IMG/VR virus record: IMGVR_UViG_3300032770_000024
Span: 1 to 60,367 of that record
From: a virus
Lineage: Duplodnaviria > Caudoviricetes
DNA: 60,367 bases
Reading direction: 5' to 3' (one strand)
Below the pieces are notes generated by a model that had not been told where the DNA came from, searched no databases, and saw only the letters and a program-made list of their open reading frames with translations. The position numbers and the translations under genes were made by a program. This document shows, in pieces, positions 25,960 to 35,079 of this stretch. Position 1 is the stretch's first letter. Each line of letters begins with the position of its first letter.

Positions 25960-26301
25960 TTAGAAGTTGAAGCCGGACGACTTGCTGCTGAAGCTGGTCG
26001 TGCCCTGCGTGTGGGCGTACGCGTTGGAGTTGAAGGTAGCGTTGCCGTTGGAATAGCCCTCGATGCCGAAAGTGGTGCTGGAGGCATTGAAAGCGGAGCC
26101 GGTACGCGGCGTGACGCTTACACGATCTTCGCCCACAGCGGAGCCCGTGCCGACCGCCAAGGCGCTGGAATAGCCGCTGCCGTTGAGAAAGCCAAAGGAC
26201 TCGGAGCCGAAGGAGTTGGTGCCCGTCACCGAGGTGGAAGAGGCAAAGGCCGGGACCGCAACTGCGAGAAGCAGGGCGGCGAGGATAGAGGTGTTACGCA
26301 T
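25960..26301 (-). CDS. Secreted Ser/Gly/Thr-rich protein
   Basis: MRNTSILAALLLAVAVPAFA leader; AAGGAG RBS; ends GFNF. Confidence 0.7.
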   Translation of the reverse strand: MRNTSILAALLLAVAVPAFASSTSVTGTNSFGSESFGFLNGSGYSSALAVGTGSAVGEDRVSVTPRTGSAFNASSTTFGIEGYSNGNATFNSNAYAHTQGTTSFSSKSSGFNF

Positions 26302-26399
26302 GAGAAGTCTCCTTGTGGGGTTTGAATCGGCACGGAATGTGTCGACTATTTGCGTTTAGACGCAAATTTGGGGGAAGTAAACAAGAATTTAGGAAAAGT

Positions 26400-26708
26400 T
26401 TAGAGGCCGAGATCGGCCAAAGATAGGTCAAAGCCCCCGGCCCTACGGGCCGAAATGACCACTACGGAAGGTCGTAGGGCGGCACGCCATGTGTCTTCGG
26501 GGAAAGCCTCGGCTTGCCAATTGGACCACGCCGCTGCTAAAGCGGCCTCCGCGCTTGGGCCTTCGGCCTGCTTGCAGACTTTGGGGCTTCGCCCTGGGAG
26601 GGGCTTCGCCAAGATGCAGCGCCAGGTCCAGCCTTCGGCTGAGGGCTCTTGGGACCAGTGCCATACGATGCCGCCGGAAGAGGCGAGAGAGGAGAGGATT
26701 TCATTCAT
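26400..26708 (-). CDS. Hypothetical protein
   Basis: Operon position; LSLADLGL ending like 22388-22660. Confidence 0.6.
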   Translation of the reverse strand: MNEILSSLASSGGIVWHWSQEPSAEGWTWRCILAKPLPGRSPKVCKQAEGPSAEAALAAAWSNWQAEAFPEDTWRAALRPSVVVISARRAGGFDLSLADLGL

Positions 26709-26988
26709 CCGGCTTCTCCGGCGCGGTCTCGGCGTCGATTAATTGCTGGAGGGCTTCACGGCATCCTTTGGTTGAACCGGCTGCCCAGCAGGCAGCGAGC
26801 GCCTCCACCCGCGCCTCCTTGGCGATGCGGGCGGCTTCGGCGGCGACGCGGTTCATGGCGCAGCCAAGGTGCATGTTTGGCAACGACGCAAAACTCAGCT
26901 TGCCGAATGGCAGCTTTGCCACGTGCTCAATGTCAGGCTCATCCAGCAGGGCGGCTAATATCCTAACGGCCAACGCTTTCTCATCCAT
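26701..26988 (-). CDS. Hypothetical protein
   Basis: AAGGAG RBS, 8-nt overlaps. Confidence 0.6.
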   Translation of the reverse strand: MDEKALAVRILAALLDEPDIEHVAKLPFGKLSFASLPNMHLGCAMNRVAAEAARIAKEARVEALAACWAAGSTKGCREALQQLIDAETAPEKPDE

Positions 26989-27304
26989 TTTTCAACTCCT
27001 TGTAGCGGGCGAGGGCGGCGCGAGCTTTGCGCAATCCACCTATCGTGCACGCGCCGGGACCTATGTGGGTGCTTCCACCACATATCAGACCAAGTGCGAT
27101 GTTATCTGGCGCGTCTTCAGACAGCGCGTCTGCAAATGCAGCGAACGTTTCCAACGCCTCCGCGAGTTCGTCCGCGCCGGTTACGCGCAGGGCTGTGTCC
27201 ATGACGTTGCCCCAATTCTCGTGCTGGTCGTTGTTAAATTCAGTGACAACCGAGTTGCGTATCTCCGCCGCAGCCTCTAGCCGCTTGTCTTTCAGTTCAG
27301 TCAT
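26981..27304 (-). CDS. Hypothetical protein
   Basis: Overlap-coupled ORF. Confidence 0.6.
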   Translation of the reverse strand: MTELKDKRLEAAAEIRNSVVTEFNNDQHENWGNVMDTALRVTGADELAEALETFAAFADALSEDAPDNIALGLICGGSTHIGPGACTIGGLRKARAALARYKELKNG

Positions 27305-28070
27305 GGCGGAGCACCTTAAGCGGCTGGGCGGGGATGGCGGGGATGATGGTGAAGCCTGCTATCTCAACAGCCGACCGCACTCCGCTGTAGTATCCGGGGC
27401 TTGCCACTTGCTCGGAAGTTTCATTGAGCAGACATTCGGCAAAATCGCGTAACTGCTCCAGAGCCGCCTCGGCTTTCGCTTTGTCCGCCTCGGCTTTTTC
27501 GGCGCGGGATTGCATCTCATCATATGCCGGGCGGCAGACGAAATTATCGTCAATGACGACATTTCCCTGCGGAACCAATAACTCGCGGGCGCGGCGGCCA
27601 ACGGCAGTCCACGTAAAAACAGGAACCCTCCGAAATGTGTCTGCCAACTCCTTGCCGATCTCCTCATCCGTAAGCGCGGGGCTTCCACCCTCTACCAGCG
27701 GCGGGGAAACGCCCGCCTGCCCTGATTCTTCGATTGCGCCGGGGAGGAGGTCATAATATTTAATCGGACCGACTTTCCAGCGTTGCCCGTTAGCCATAAA
27801 TGAGCACTTGATGCCTTTGTCGCTCAAAACGGCCATGTCGTACCCAGGTTCATCGGCGCAATAGCTAAGGATTTTCCATTTACGGCCTTCTCCGTTTAGG
27901 TACGTTTTTCCAACCTCAAACACCGGCTTCTCCATCGCCTCAAGCTGCCGGTTCGCGGCATCTGCGTAGAAGCGGGCGAAGAACTTAGCCGCCCCATCTC
28001 CATATGCCTCAGCTTCAATGCGCGCATTTACAGCCGCCTCAATCGTCGCCTCGTCAAATTCGATTTTCAC
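27297..28070 (-). CDS. Hypothetical mosaic protein
   Basis: GTG start overlapping the upstream stop; FEVGKTY...DLL motif. Confidence 0.6.
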   Translation of the reverse strand: MKIEFDEATIEAAVNARIEAEAYGDGAAKFFARFYADAANRQLEAMEKPVFEVGKTYLNGEGRKWKILSYCADEPGYDMAVLSDKGIKCSFMANGQRWKVGPIKYYDLLPGAIEESGQAGVSPPLVEGGSPALTDEEIGKELADTFRRVPVFTWTAVGRRARELLVPQGNVVIDDNFVCRPAYDEMQSRAEKAEADKAKAEAALEQLRDFAECLLNETSEQVASPGYYSGVRSAVEIAGFTIIPAIPAQPLKVLRHD

Positions 28071-28435
28071 AGCACTTCCTCCAGCAGTTCGCAAAGAATT
28101 TCAGCAATCTCTTCGCCCCAGCCCTTATCCTTGGCCGCAATCTGGTCGAAAACCGCGTCGAGCGTATCAGCCAGGCTTTCGGCCTTGTGATGCCTTTGCC
28201 TGTACTCGAGCTTCTCGGTGAAGAGCCAGAAGCAGTGGTTCCACTCCTTCTCCGCCTCTTCCCGCGTATCGTCTTCGAGCTTCTGCCCGTACTTCGTCAG
28301 GACATAGGCGCCTGTATCCGACTCGGTGTAGCCGGTGGGCTCATCGGCGTCCTCCAGCGCTCGTTCGCAGCGCTCGGCAATCCAGGCCTCCTTGGCCTTC
28401 TCAATCGTGGAAAGTAGGTGCATTTTAATCTCCAT
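28067..28435 (-). CDS. Acidic hypothetical protein
   Basis: Coupled ORF, strongly E/D-rich. Confidence 0.6.
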   Translation of the reverse strand: MEIKMHLLSTIEKAKEAWIAERCERALEDADEPTGYTESDTGAYVLTKYGQKLEDDTREEAEKEWNHCFWLFTEKLEYRQRHHKAESLADTLDAVFDQIAAKDKGWGEEIAEILCELLEEVL

Positions 28436-28760
28436 TAAGTTCGTGGTGAAGGGACAGTAGTTGGTCTTCGAGGTGGTTTCCTCGGAGCCAGTCGAGGAAG
28501 GCTTTGAAAGAGTGGGAGAAGCCGATGGCGCGCATGGAAGAGGCGATGAGCGCCGACTGCTTCTTTCTCTTCTCTAGGTGTAGCAAGTGACGGAGGACTT
28601 TTTCCGCTTCCTCCGGGGCCTCGGCGATGCCGAAGGTGAAGAGGTCTGGGTGGACGAGGATGCCCTGGGTTAGCTGAGAAGTTAGAGCTGTTCGCACCAG
28701 GTCCTGGCGCTCGAGGGCGGAAAGGCGGAGCAGCCTCGCGGGGAGAGTTGGACGTCTCAT
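28425..28760 (-). CDS. Hypothetical protein
   Basis: ATGA coupling at 28757-28760. Confidence 0.55.
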   Translation of the reverse strand: MRRPTLPARLLRLSALERQDLVRTALTSQLTQGILVHPDLFTFGIAEAPEEAEKVLRHLLHLEKRKKQSALIASSMRAIGFSHSFKAFLDWLRGNHLEDQLLSLHHELNGD

Positions 28761-28993
28761 CGGAAGGCAGAAAGCTGAACCACAGGCTGGCGCTTCGCCG
28801 CTTCTTTCCAGGCTTTCTCCAGCATTGCCTTGCGACTCTTCGCCGCAATATAGCCGTGTGCGGCCTGTAGGCGCTTCGCAGCCTTCACATACCAGTCGAT
28901 GAAGCCGATGCTTCGCTCGAAGGCCTCTTCGGCGCTCAGCCGTAGGCTATCTTGAATTGACTGAGGCTGAGAAAGTTTAGTCTGCGGTGTCAC
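28757..28993 (-). CDS. Hypothetical protein (78 aa)
   Basis: GTGA coupling with the upstream stop; AGGAG RBS. Confidence 0.55.
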   Translation of the reverse strand: MTPQTKLSQPQSIQDSLRLSAEEAFERSIGFIDWYVKAAKRLQAAHGYIAAKSRKAMLEKAWKEAAKRQPVVQLSAFR

Positions 28994-29313
28994 TTGCTGC
29001 GCTCCTGTGGGGGTGTAGCGTACACTATAGGGCGGTTTGCTTCGGAAAGCAACAGCTTTCGTTTCGCCAAGAGCCTGAGCTTCTTGTGGAGCGCGTACAT
29101 GGTTTCGCGGCTGCGGTCGCGCTTGAGGCAGCCGCAGGACTTCGTTTGCTTCGCCACCAGCCTTACCGTTGGAACAGTGATCTCGGTTCCGCAGTCGCAG
29201 AGGCAGCGCCAGGAGTGGATGGAAGACTCCCCCTTGCGGGGGAGAAGTGGGCCTTCGGCCAAGACTAGGAGACGGCCGAAACGGGAGCCGGGAGAGAGTA
29301 CTCGGTAGGACAT
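28990..29313 (-). CDS. AP2/HNH-associated Zn-binding domain protein without nuclease part
   Basis: GSRFGRLLV...WRCLCDCG...TKSCGC. Confidence 0.75.
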   Translation of the reverse strand: MSYRVLSPGSRFGRLLVLAEGPLLPRKGESSIHSWRCLCDCGTEITVPTVRLVAKQTKSCGCLKRDRSRETMYALHKKLRLLAKRKLLLSEANRPIVYATPPQERSK

Positions 29314-29595
29314 TTAGCTGAAGTCTTTGGTAAAGGCCTCGCCTACCGGCGTAAGTTTGATGAAGACCGAGCGCTTGTCTGCGGGGTCGGGGATGCGCTG
29401 AAGCCAATCACGCTCTTCGAGCTTGTCGAGAGCGCGGTGTATGGCTGGCTTGCTAACCGCTAATTCCGCAGAGAGGCCACGGAGAGTTCGGGGGCCTTTT
29501 CGCAGAGCTAGAAGGATGGAAAGCTGGCGCACGGTGAGATCAGAGTGGCCGTTTTTGCGGATGTGACTGAGGGCGCGAGAGAGGGGGTAGGTCAT
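29314..29595 (-). CDS. MarR-type winged-helix regulator
   Basis: DLTVRQLSIL, SKPAIHRALDKL, DPADKRSVFIKLT. Confidence 0.85.
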   Translation of the reverse strand: MTYPLSRALSHIRKNGHSDLTVRQLSILLALRKGPRTLRGLSAELAVSKPAIHRALDKLEERDWLQRIPDPADKRSVFIKLTPVGEAFTKDFS

Positions 29596-29606
29596 GGTCT
29601 GGTCCT

Positions 29607-30989
29607 TTACTTGGCTGGGGTGTGGAGGTGGAGAGCGCGCTTCGCACGAGTGCAGCCAACGTACCAGCAATTTGGTTCTTGGCCCTCCCAGCGGAGCTTG
29701 GAGTAGTCGAGGAAGGTAACATCGTCCCACTCAAGGCCCTTGGCCTTGTGGATGGTGCTGAGCACCAGTGCTTGGTCCTGTGGGGTGGCCGCGAGCTTCG
29801 CAATCACCTCTTCCACCTTGTTCGAGCCGTTGGCGTGGAGGGAAAGCAGGGACTGGTACTTGTCCTCGGCTTTCTGCCTCGCGCCTTCAGTTTTTTTGTT
29901 GGCCTTTTCGTGCTCGAGCCACTCGGCCAGCGCTGCAGGCGTGGGGTATTTCTGGTGGATCTTCTTCAGGTTCTTGATGAAGTCGCGGCCCTTGTAGTCT
30001 ACGCCGACGCCCTGACGGATGGCCCGGAAGGCATAGTCCACTAGCGGGGCGTTGTAGCGGCTTAGCACCGCCTTGCGTAGGGCCGGAATCGGCATGGTCG
30101 GACTAAAATCCACACTCCCTTCAAAGTCGCCCGCCGCTTCAATGTCAGGCACATACTTCTGCGCCTCCCTTACTACCGCCCGAGGGCAGCGGAAGGACGC
30201 GGTAAGAGCGGCCTCGGTGAGGGAGAACTTCCGCACGAGATCGTAGAAGCTGTTGGAGCTTGCGCCGCGCCAAGCGTAGATAGCCTGGTTCGGGTCTCCG
30301 ATAGCGACCATCTGGCAGCCTGCGGCTGCGGCGCGTCCGACCATTTCGTGCTGGAGAAGGGAGAGGTCCTGGGCCTCATCGACTGCGATGCGGTCGAACT
30401 TGGGGAAAGGGAGGCCGAAAAGAACAGGTATGTAGAGCTGATCGTCGAAGTCGATTGTGCCTTTCAGGGCTGCTGTCGTGCTGCGGCCAAGAATATCAGC
30501 GGCTATATCGGCAAAGGTGTCGGACCAGTCCAAGTCCATGTCGTCGGCGGCGGCCTCCCAGAGGGCGTAGTCCGGCCCTGGCTTGCCGCTGACGCCTGGG
30601 GAGAGGCCGATAATCCTCGCGAGGCGCGTGAGATCCAGGATCTCTTCGGCGTATTTCTTCAACTTCCCGCTCTGCGGATGTTCGTTCCAGATGCCCCAGA
30701 GCTTCCGGCTGTCCAGCTTCGGGCGAAGCCCCGTGCCGTTGACGTAGGCTCGATGACCGAGGGCGTTGAGCGTCATGGCTGTTACTTCGGCGGGGAGCTT
30801 CGCCTGAAGCTCTTCCGCGTTTCGCTTATTAAAAGCAAGGACGAGCGAGCGGCTCTTGGGCTTCGCTGAGGCGTTGAAGGCGGCCACCAGAGTCGTCGTC
30901 TTGCCCGATCCTGCGACGGCACGGCACGCGAGGGCTTCGCCCTGGGAGAAGCGGGAGATGAAGTTTTCTTGCTGGGGGGTGAGGTTCAT
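29607..30989 (-). CDS. UvrD/Rep superfamily-1 helicase
   Basis: AVAGSGKTT, VDEAQD, IGDPNQAIY, SFRCP, TIHKAKGLE, YVGCTRAK. Confidence 0.92.
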   Translation of the reverse strand: MNLTPQQENFISRFSQGEALACRAVAGSGKTTTLVAAFNASAKPKSRSLVLAFNKRNAEELQAKLPAEVTAMTLNALGHRAYVNGTGLRPKLDSRKLWGIWNEHPQSGKLKKYAEEILDLTRLARIIGLSPGVSGKPGPDYALWEAAADDMDLDWSDTFADIAADILGRSTTAALKGTIDFDDQLYIPVLFGLPFPKFDRIAVDEAQDLSLLQHEMVGRAAAAGCQMVAIGDPNQAIYAWRGASSNSFYDLVRKFSLTEAALTASFRCPRAVVREAQKYVPDIEAAGDFEGSVDFSPTMPIPALRKAVLSRYNAPLVDYAFRAIRQGVGVDYKGRDFIKNLKKIHQKYPTPAALAEWLEHEKANKKTEGARQKAEDKYQSLLSLHANGSNKVEEVIAKLAATPQDQALVLSTIHKAKGLEWDDVTFLDYSKLRWEGQEPNCWYVGCTRAKRALHLHTPAK

Positions 30990-31108
30990 TTTTCTGTGTC
31001 CTGCGAAAAAGGTTTCAAGAGGTGGCGGAAGGAGAAGGACCAAAGGAGGGAGGCGAGGCCAAGCGAGAAGAAAAGAAGGAAGAAGTAGTAGGAGATCTCG
31101 CGAACCAT
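30986..31108 (-). CDS. 40-aa membrane peptide
   Basis: MVREISYYFFLLFFSLGLASLLW; TAATG and ATGA coupling. Confidence 0.55.
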   Translation of the reverse strand: MVREISYYFFLLFFSLGLASLLWSFSFRHLLKPFSQDTEK

Positions 31109-31167
31109 TAGCAGTGTACTCCGAAGAGGTGAAGGAGGAAGAAGATGAAGAGGGTTAGGCCGGACAT
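31108..31167 (-). CDS. 19-aa hydrophobic peptide
   Basis: MSGLTLFIFFLLHLFGVHC*; TAATG coupling at both ends. Confidence 0.45.
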   Translation of the reverse strand: MSGLTLFIFFLLHLFGVHC

Positions 31168-31694
31168 TAGAAGGGCTCCTGCGCCAGTTTCCAGGCATCG
31201 TCTGCCAGCTCGCGGAAGCGCCAGTGATCCGCGATCTTCTCGACCGGCAGACCACTGGCTTTCGCCTGAGCCCGGTAGAAGGCCTCCTTGAATTTCTCCT
31301 CGTCGGTCTTGTGCGCCTTCGGCGCCTCCTTCTCGTGAGGCAGGAGGGGGAAGCGTTTGAGGACTTCGTCCTCCGAGAAGCCCTTGCCGCGAAGCAGCTG
31401 GCGGTATTCTTCCCGGTCCACCTGCGAAGTCGCAGGTACGTTCACAGGCTTCCCGCCGACAGACACGCCGAAGGAGCTGAGGCCCTGGCGCTTGTCCTGG
31501 CCTGCGCGGCCGAGGAAGTAGCGGAGAGCGAGCTTATTTTCGACCACCACGCTCTCGGGGAGCTGGTCTACGAGGGAGTTGAGGTGGGAGATGGCTGCTT
31601 CGACGGCCTGGAGGGCCTGAAGGACTTCGGCAGTCTGCTCGGCGCTTCGCGCCTCGGCCTTTTGCTTCAGTTCTTGCTCAGTGTGGTAGGGCAT
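31167..31694 (-). CDS. Hypothetical protein
   Basis: AAGGAG RBS before ATG 31694. Confidence 0.7.
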   Translation of the reverse strand: MPYHTEQELKQKAEARSAEQTAEVLQALQAVEAAISHLNSLVDQLPESVVVENKLALRYFLGRAGQDKRQGLSSFGVSVGGKPVNVPATSQVDREEYRQLLRGKGFSEDEVLKRFPLLPHEKEAPKAHKTDEEKFKEAFYRAQAKASGLPVEKIADHWRFRELADDAWKLAQEPF

Positions 31695-31721
31695 TGGGGG
31701 ACTCCTTGTGTGGAATGGTCC

Positions 31722-31750
31722 ATTATATAAGGGGCAATGGGCCATGTCCA
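31722..31750 (-). promoter_or_regulatory. Strong sigma70-like promoter
   Basis: TGGACA-N17-TATAAT. Confidence 0.7.
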
Positions 31751-31770
31751 CAGGATTAAAGATATATCGG

Positions 31771-32052
31771 TCAGAAGTAGAAAGTAAGAGTCACTTGCCC
31801 AATTTTAGTGCCGACTTTTAGCACATGCTTCAAATGCGTATATGTGCGTTTGAACTGTTCCCGCGTTTGCGCTTGCGCGCACACAACTTGTAACATAAAC
31901 CAAAAATCTTTCAGGTCTTTGTGCGAGGTGAAACTTCGAACCACCCGAGAGCTGGTCGCTTCTTTGAGAAGCTCTAAGTAGTGTTCATAGTGTTCTTCAG
32001 GAATTGGACGCTTGAAGTTTAGAATTACGTCCGGGGATTCAATATTAATCAT
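31771..32052 (-). CDS. Hypothetical protein (AT-richer)
   Basis: ORF in a low-GC block. Confidence 0.6.
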   Translation of the reverse strand: MINIESPDVILNFKRPIPEEHYEHYLELLKEATSSRVVRSFTSHKDLKDFWFMLQVVCAQAQTREQFKRTYTHLKHVLKVGTKIGQVTLTFYF

Positions 32053-32070
32053 TGCAAGTTCTCTTTTATT

Positions 32071-32817
32071 TCAGGCTTCGTCAGAAAGCAGGTTAATTTC
32101 GGCCAAATTAAATTGTTCTTCTCGTTCTTTTTGCTTAGACTCCTTCTTTTGAAGTGCTGCGGCGGAGTGCATCCCAACCGCCCGATCGGCCCAAGCCTGT
32201 TTGGGAACCATTTTTATGTCTGTGCCATTTACAGCTTCGCCGATTTCGTAGACTTTCGCCTCTACTAAGGCGAAAGAGCTGTTGTATTTAAGCTCGAGTT
32301 CGTAAAGAGGGTCTATATAGCCAAAAATTCTCGTTCCCTGCTCGTAGAAATACATTGCTGTAGCATAGGCGGTGCCAGCAGTAGCTTCGCGCTCGTATCC
32401 AGGGCAAGCCGTGCTAATGAAATATTTGATACGCTCAAGCTGAATTAGATATTCGGTCTTTTCTTTCTGAATATCAATGTCTTTCACGCCAGAGGTGGTA
32501 ATGCGATTACCTTCAGCGTCGAGAATGTTGAGGTCCTCGAGAGAAGCGCCCGCTCGACGAATATGCAGTTGTGCGGTGCCGTCTTCTTCTTCCTTAATCC
32601 TAAACTCCACTGTGAAAAGACCGAGTGCCATGGAAGGAATCTGGCCCTCATTATAGCCAATTTTCTTTCGAACGGAGAAAAAGAGTGCTCGGTAACGCAC
32701 AGCATCAGCTTTTGATCCGCACTGAATAAAAATACCGTTTGGGCGCTCCATCGCAGTTTGTGCTAAAGCGAGGCACTTCATGTAGGTCTGATTGGAAATA
32801 ACTTTCTGCATTGCCAT
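32071..32817 (-). CDS. Hypothetical protein (AT-richer)
   Basis: AGGAG RBS before ATG 32817; TATAAT upstream. Confidence 0.65.
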   Translation of the reverse strand: MAMQKVISNQTYMKCLALAQTAMERPNGIFIQCGSKADAVRYRALFFSVRKKIGYNEGQIPSMALGLFTVEFRIKEEEDGTAQLHIRRAGASLEDLNILDAEGNRITTSGVKDIDIQKEKTEYLIQLERIKYFISTACPGYEREATAGTAYATAMYFYEQGTRIFGYIDPLYELELKYNSSFALVEAKVYEIGEAVNGTDIKMVPKQAWADRAVGMHSAAALQKKESKQKEREEQFNLAEINLLSDEA

Positions 32818-32934
32818 ATGGTGGCTCCTGAGCTTGTGTTCGGGGATGATTCCCATTATAATCTATAATGTTTGGTTCGGTCATTTGAAAGCAGAATGTG
32901 AAAGTATTTCAGGTTGTAGCATGATTTGCCCCTG

Positions 32935-33018
32935 TTCTACCATTATCCTTCTACCATTATCCTTCTACCATTATCCTTCTACCATTATCCTTCTACCATT
33001 ATCCTTCTACCATTATCC
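32935..33018. repeat. Six perfect tandem copies of TTCTACCATTATCC (iteron-like)
   Basis: Direct count; inverted partial copy at 33218-33237. Confidence 0.95.
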
Positions 33019-33363
33019 CCTATTTGCCTTCATTTCGGGTGTTTTTGGTCGGGGGGTGACGGCGGTAATGGGGGAGGGAGGGGGAGGGTCTTATTTTATT
33101 ATAATAATTTTTTTTTTTAGACAAATTTTTTCCGTACCCCCCCCCCCCCCAGTAGCTCCACCCGTACACCCTCTAGGGGGTAGCTAAAATTGACGGAAAC
33201 GACAGCAAATGAGCGGGAATGGTAGAAAGATAATGGTTAGTGCCTAATGGTGGTTGTCCAATGGTAGGCATCCAATGGCTGGCTGCCGGAAAACGGGTTC
33301 ACCGCAGGCTCACCCGCACATATTCTACTTGCGCTTTCCGGCCCTCTGAGCTATGCAAGCACT

Positions 33364-33483
33364 ATGACCAGACTCAAAGCGCTACGCGCCGAACATCTCA
33401 AGGCCGCGCCTACCGATCCCCGGCTCAAGTGCCCGGCCACCGAGGCCCTGCGGGCGAAGCCCGAGGAGAAGAAAGATGCTTGA
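33364..33483 (+). CDS. 39-aa basic peptide
   Basis: MTRLKALRAEHLK...; follows TTGCGC-N17-TATGCA; 8-nt overlap with the next gene. Confidence 0.4.
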   Translation: MTRLKALRAEHLKAAPTDPRLKCPATEALRAKPEEKKDA

Positions 33484-33943
33484 GCATCTGCTGGAAATGA
33501 ATGGGCAGCAGCTCGACCGGGGCTCTAACGTAAGGGTGGTAAGGGATCTGCGCTGGGCGCAGCTGGCCGATTGCCCTTTTGCACCGCAGAAGCACTCGGG
33601 CGCGCGCCTAGCCGGGCTCCGGTTTGAGAAGGCGGTCTGGAAGAAGACCGGAGGGCTGCACAATCCCTGGATTGAGTTCGAGGACGCCAATGGCTCGGGC
33701 TTCGCCTGCCCGGACATAGTTCTTCCGGAGCGGAAGCTGATAGTGGAGTGCAAGCTGACGTACACGCCGGTGGCGGATATGCAGCTGGCGGGGCTCTACC
33801 TGCCCCTGGCAAAGGCCGTCTGGGGAGAAGGGGACTGGCGGCTGGTGGTCGCCTGTAAGCGGTGGGCGGGAGCGCCTAAGAGGCTTCTGGCGGGCTTTCA
33901 AGCTCTTCCGCCTCACGGAGAGATCGGATACCTTCTTTTCTAA
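33476..33943 (+). CDS. PD-(D/E)XK endonuclease (resolvase-like)
   Basis: GLRFEKAV...CPDIVL...IVECKLT...QLAGLY. Confidence 0.7.
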   Translation: MLEHLLEMNGQQLDRGSNVRVVRDLRWAQLADCPFAPQKHSGARLAGLRFEKAVWKKTGGLHNPWIEFEDANGSGFACPDIVLPERKLIVECKLTYTPVADMQLAGLYLPLAKAVWGEGDWRLVVACKRWAGAPKRLLAGFQALPPHGEIGYLLF

Positions 33944-34148
33944 CCTGTTCAAAGGTTTTGAACCAGGCGCAATACCAGTGAACTAATTCGCTGTGCGGGA
34001 TGCGCCCGCAGCGCAAACAGGTGAAGGTGCTGCGGGTACATTTGTGAAACTCTTGCGCTATATCCTCTGGCATTGAAGCAAGAGAGGTTACTAGCTCTTT
34101 GTATTCCCAGAGATCTGCGGGAGCTTTTCCGCACTTACAGCATTTCAT
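33876..34148 (-). CDS. Zn-finger hypothetical protein
   Basis: CxxC ... CxxC; ATGA coupling. Confidence 0.5.
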   Translation of the reverse strand: MKCCKCGKAPADLWEYKELVTSLASMPEDIAQEFHKCTRSTFTCLRCGRIPHSELVHWYCAWFKTFEQVRKEGIRSLREAEELESPPEAS

Positions 34149-34759
34149 AGATCAACCCCTTTCGTCAGCCCGAATTTCTTCTCTGCTCGCGCGAACGCAC
34201 TTTCCTCACTTTCTTCCTCTTCTTTCGCCCGGAGCCGCGCTTCGCGCTCCATGAAGGCCAGAAGGGCCTGCGGGATGTCGATATCCTCTCCGCCCTTCTT
34301 CTGGCGCCGCTTCGCCGCGATTTGCGAAATAGGTGTTGGCTCGGGCGAAGCCGCTACGCGGCCGGAGCCTTCCCTTCCAAGGCGGATGACTTCGCCTCGG
34401 AGCCACTGCTCGCCTTCCAGCCGTATGGCGCGCAAGCGCGCAAGCGCATCCTCCAGTTCCGCCCTCGCAGCCGCCTCCGCGGCTTCCAAGAACTTCTCCT
34501 GATAAGGAAGGGCCTTCAGAAGGACTTCAGCGATTTCGGGTGTCGGGCTGGCTTCACCGGCAGCCCACATTATCAGCCGTGTGTTCTTGACGCGGTAGCG
34601 GAGGCAGAAGCGGTAGAAGCGCCGGTGCGTGGGGTTTAGCTGGGTGGTGTAGAAGGGCGTTAGGAAGCAGGCTCGGATGTATCGGAAGAGGACAGGGCCT
34701 TTGTATTCGGCCGCCTCGAAGAGAAGGTGAAGGACGGGGTAGCGGCGGGAGAGTTTCAT
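34145..34759 (-). CDS. Hypothetical protein
   Basis: Coupled ORF. Confidence 0.6.
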   Translation of the reverse strand: MKLSRRYPVLHLLFEAAEYKGPVLFRYIRACFLTPFYTTQLNPTHRRFYRFCLRYRVKNTRLIMWAAGEASPTPEIAEVLLKALPYQEKFLEAAEAAARAELEDALARLRAIRLEGEQWLRGEVIRLGREGSGRVAASPEPTPISQIAAKRRQKKGGEDIDIPQALLAFMEREARLRAKEEEESEESAFARAEKKFGLTKGVDL

Positions 34760-34998
34760 CTAACCGCCTCCTCTAGCTCTAGCATGGCGAAATTGACATA
34801 CGGCGCGATAGCCCGTACCTGCGCGATTGCCTGGTCGATCCAGCTTTGCCCGGCCTGCTGCTGGGCGCGATATTCTTTGAATGTCGCAGGCCATTTAGGG
34901 CGTGTGTACATCTGCCAGTTGCCGTAGCACTCCTTCATGCGGCTTTCGTGCAAGAGGCGGCCAAGGAGGTAGAGGCGATAGTCTGAGATTTCTTCCAT
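34756..34998 (-). CDS. Hypothetical protein
   Basis: GGAG RBS. Confidence 0.6.
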   Translation of the reverse strand: MEEISDYRLYLLGRLLHESRMKECYGNWQMYTRPKWPATFKEYRAQQQAGQSWIDQAIAQVRAIAPYVNFAMLELEEAVR

Positions 34999-35021
34999 AT
35001 TAAAGCTCCAGATAGAAAGAA

Positions 35022-35056
35022 GGTGGCGCTACTTGAATTATCAAAGTAGCGCCACC
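35022..35056 (+). repeat. 13-9-13 palindrome copy 4
   Basis: GGTGGCGCTACTT-GAATTATCA-AAGTAGCGCCACC, perfect arms. Confidence 0.88.
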
Positions 35057-35079
35057 CGTTGACTGTTTACAGAAAAGGG

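Noticed and set aside
32935-33018. CRISPR array
   Set aside because: Contiguous 14-mers with no spacers; the Cas4-like nuclease is a stand-alone phage exonuclease
32792-33187. ORFs across the tandem repeat
   Set aside because: Repeat-derived periodic translations without RBS
4077-35056. loxP/FRT-like recombination sites
   Set aside because: Spacers differ between copies and no tyrosine or serine recombinase is recognisable; kept only as an unexplained palindrome family
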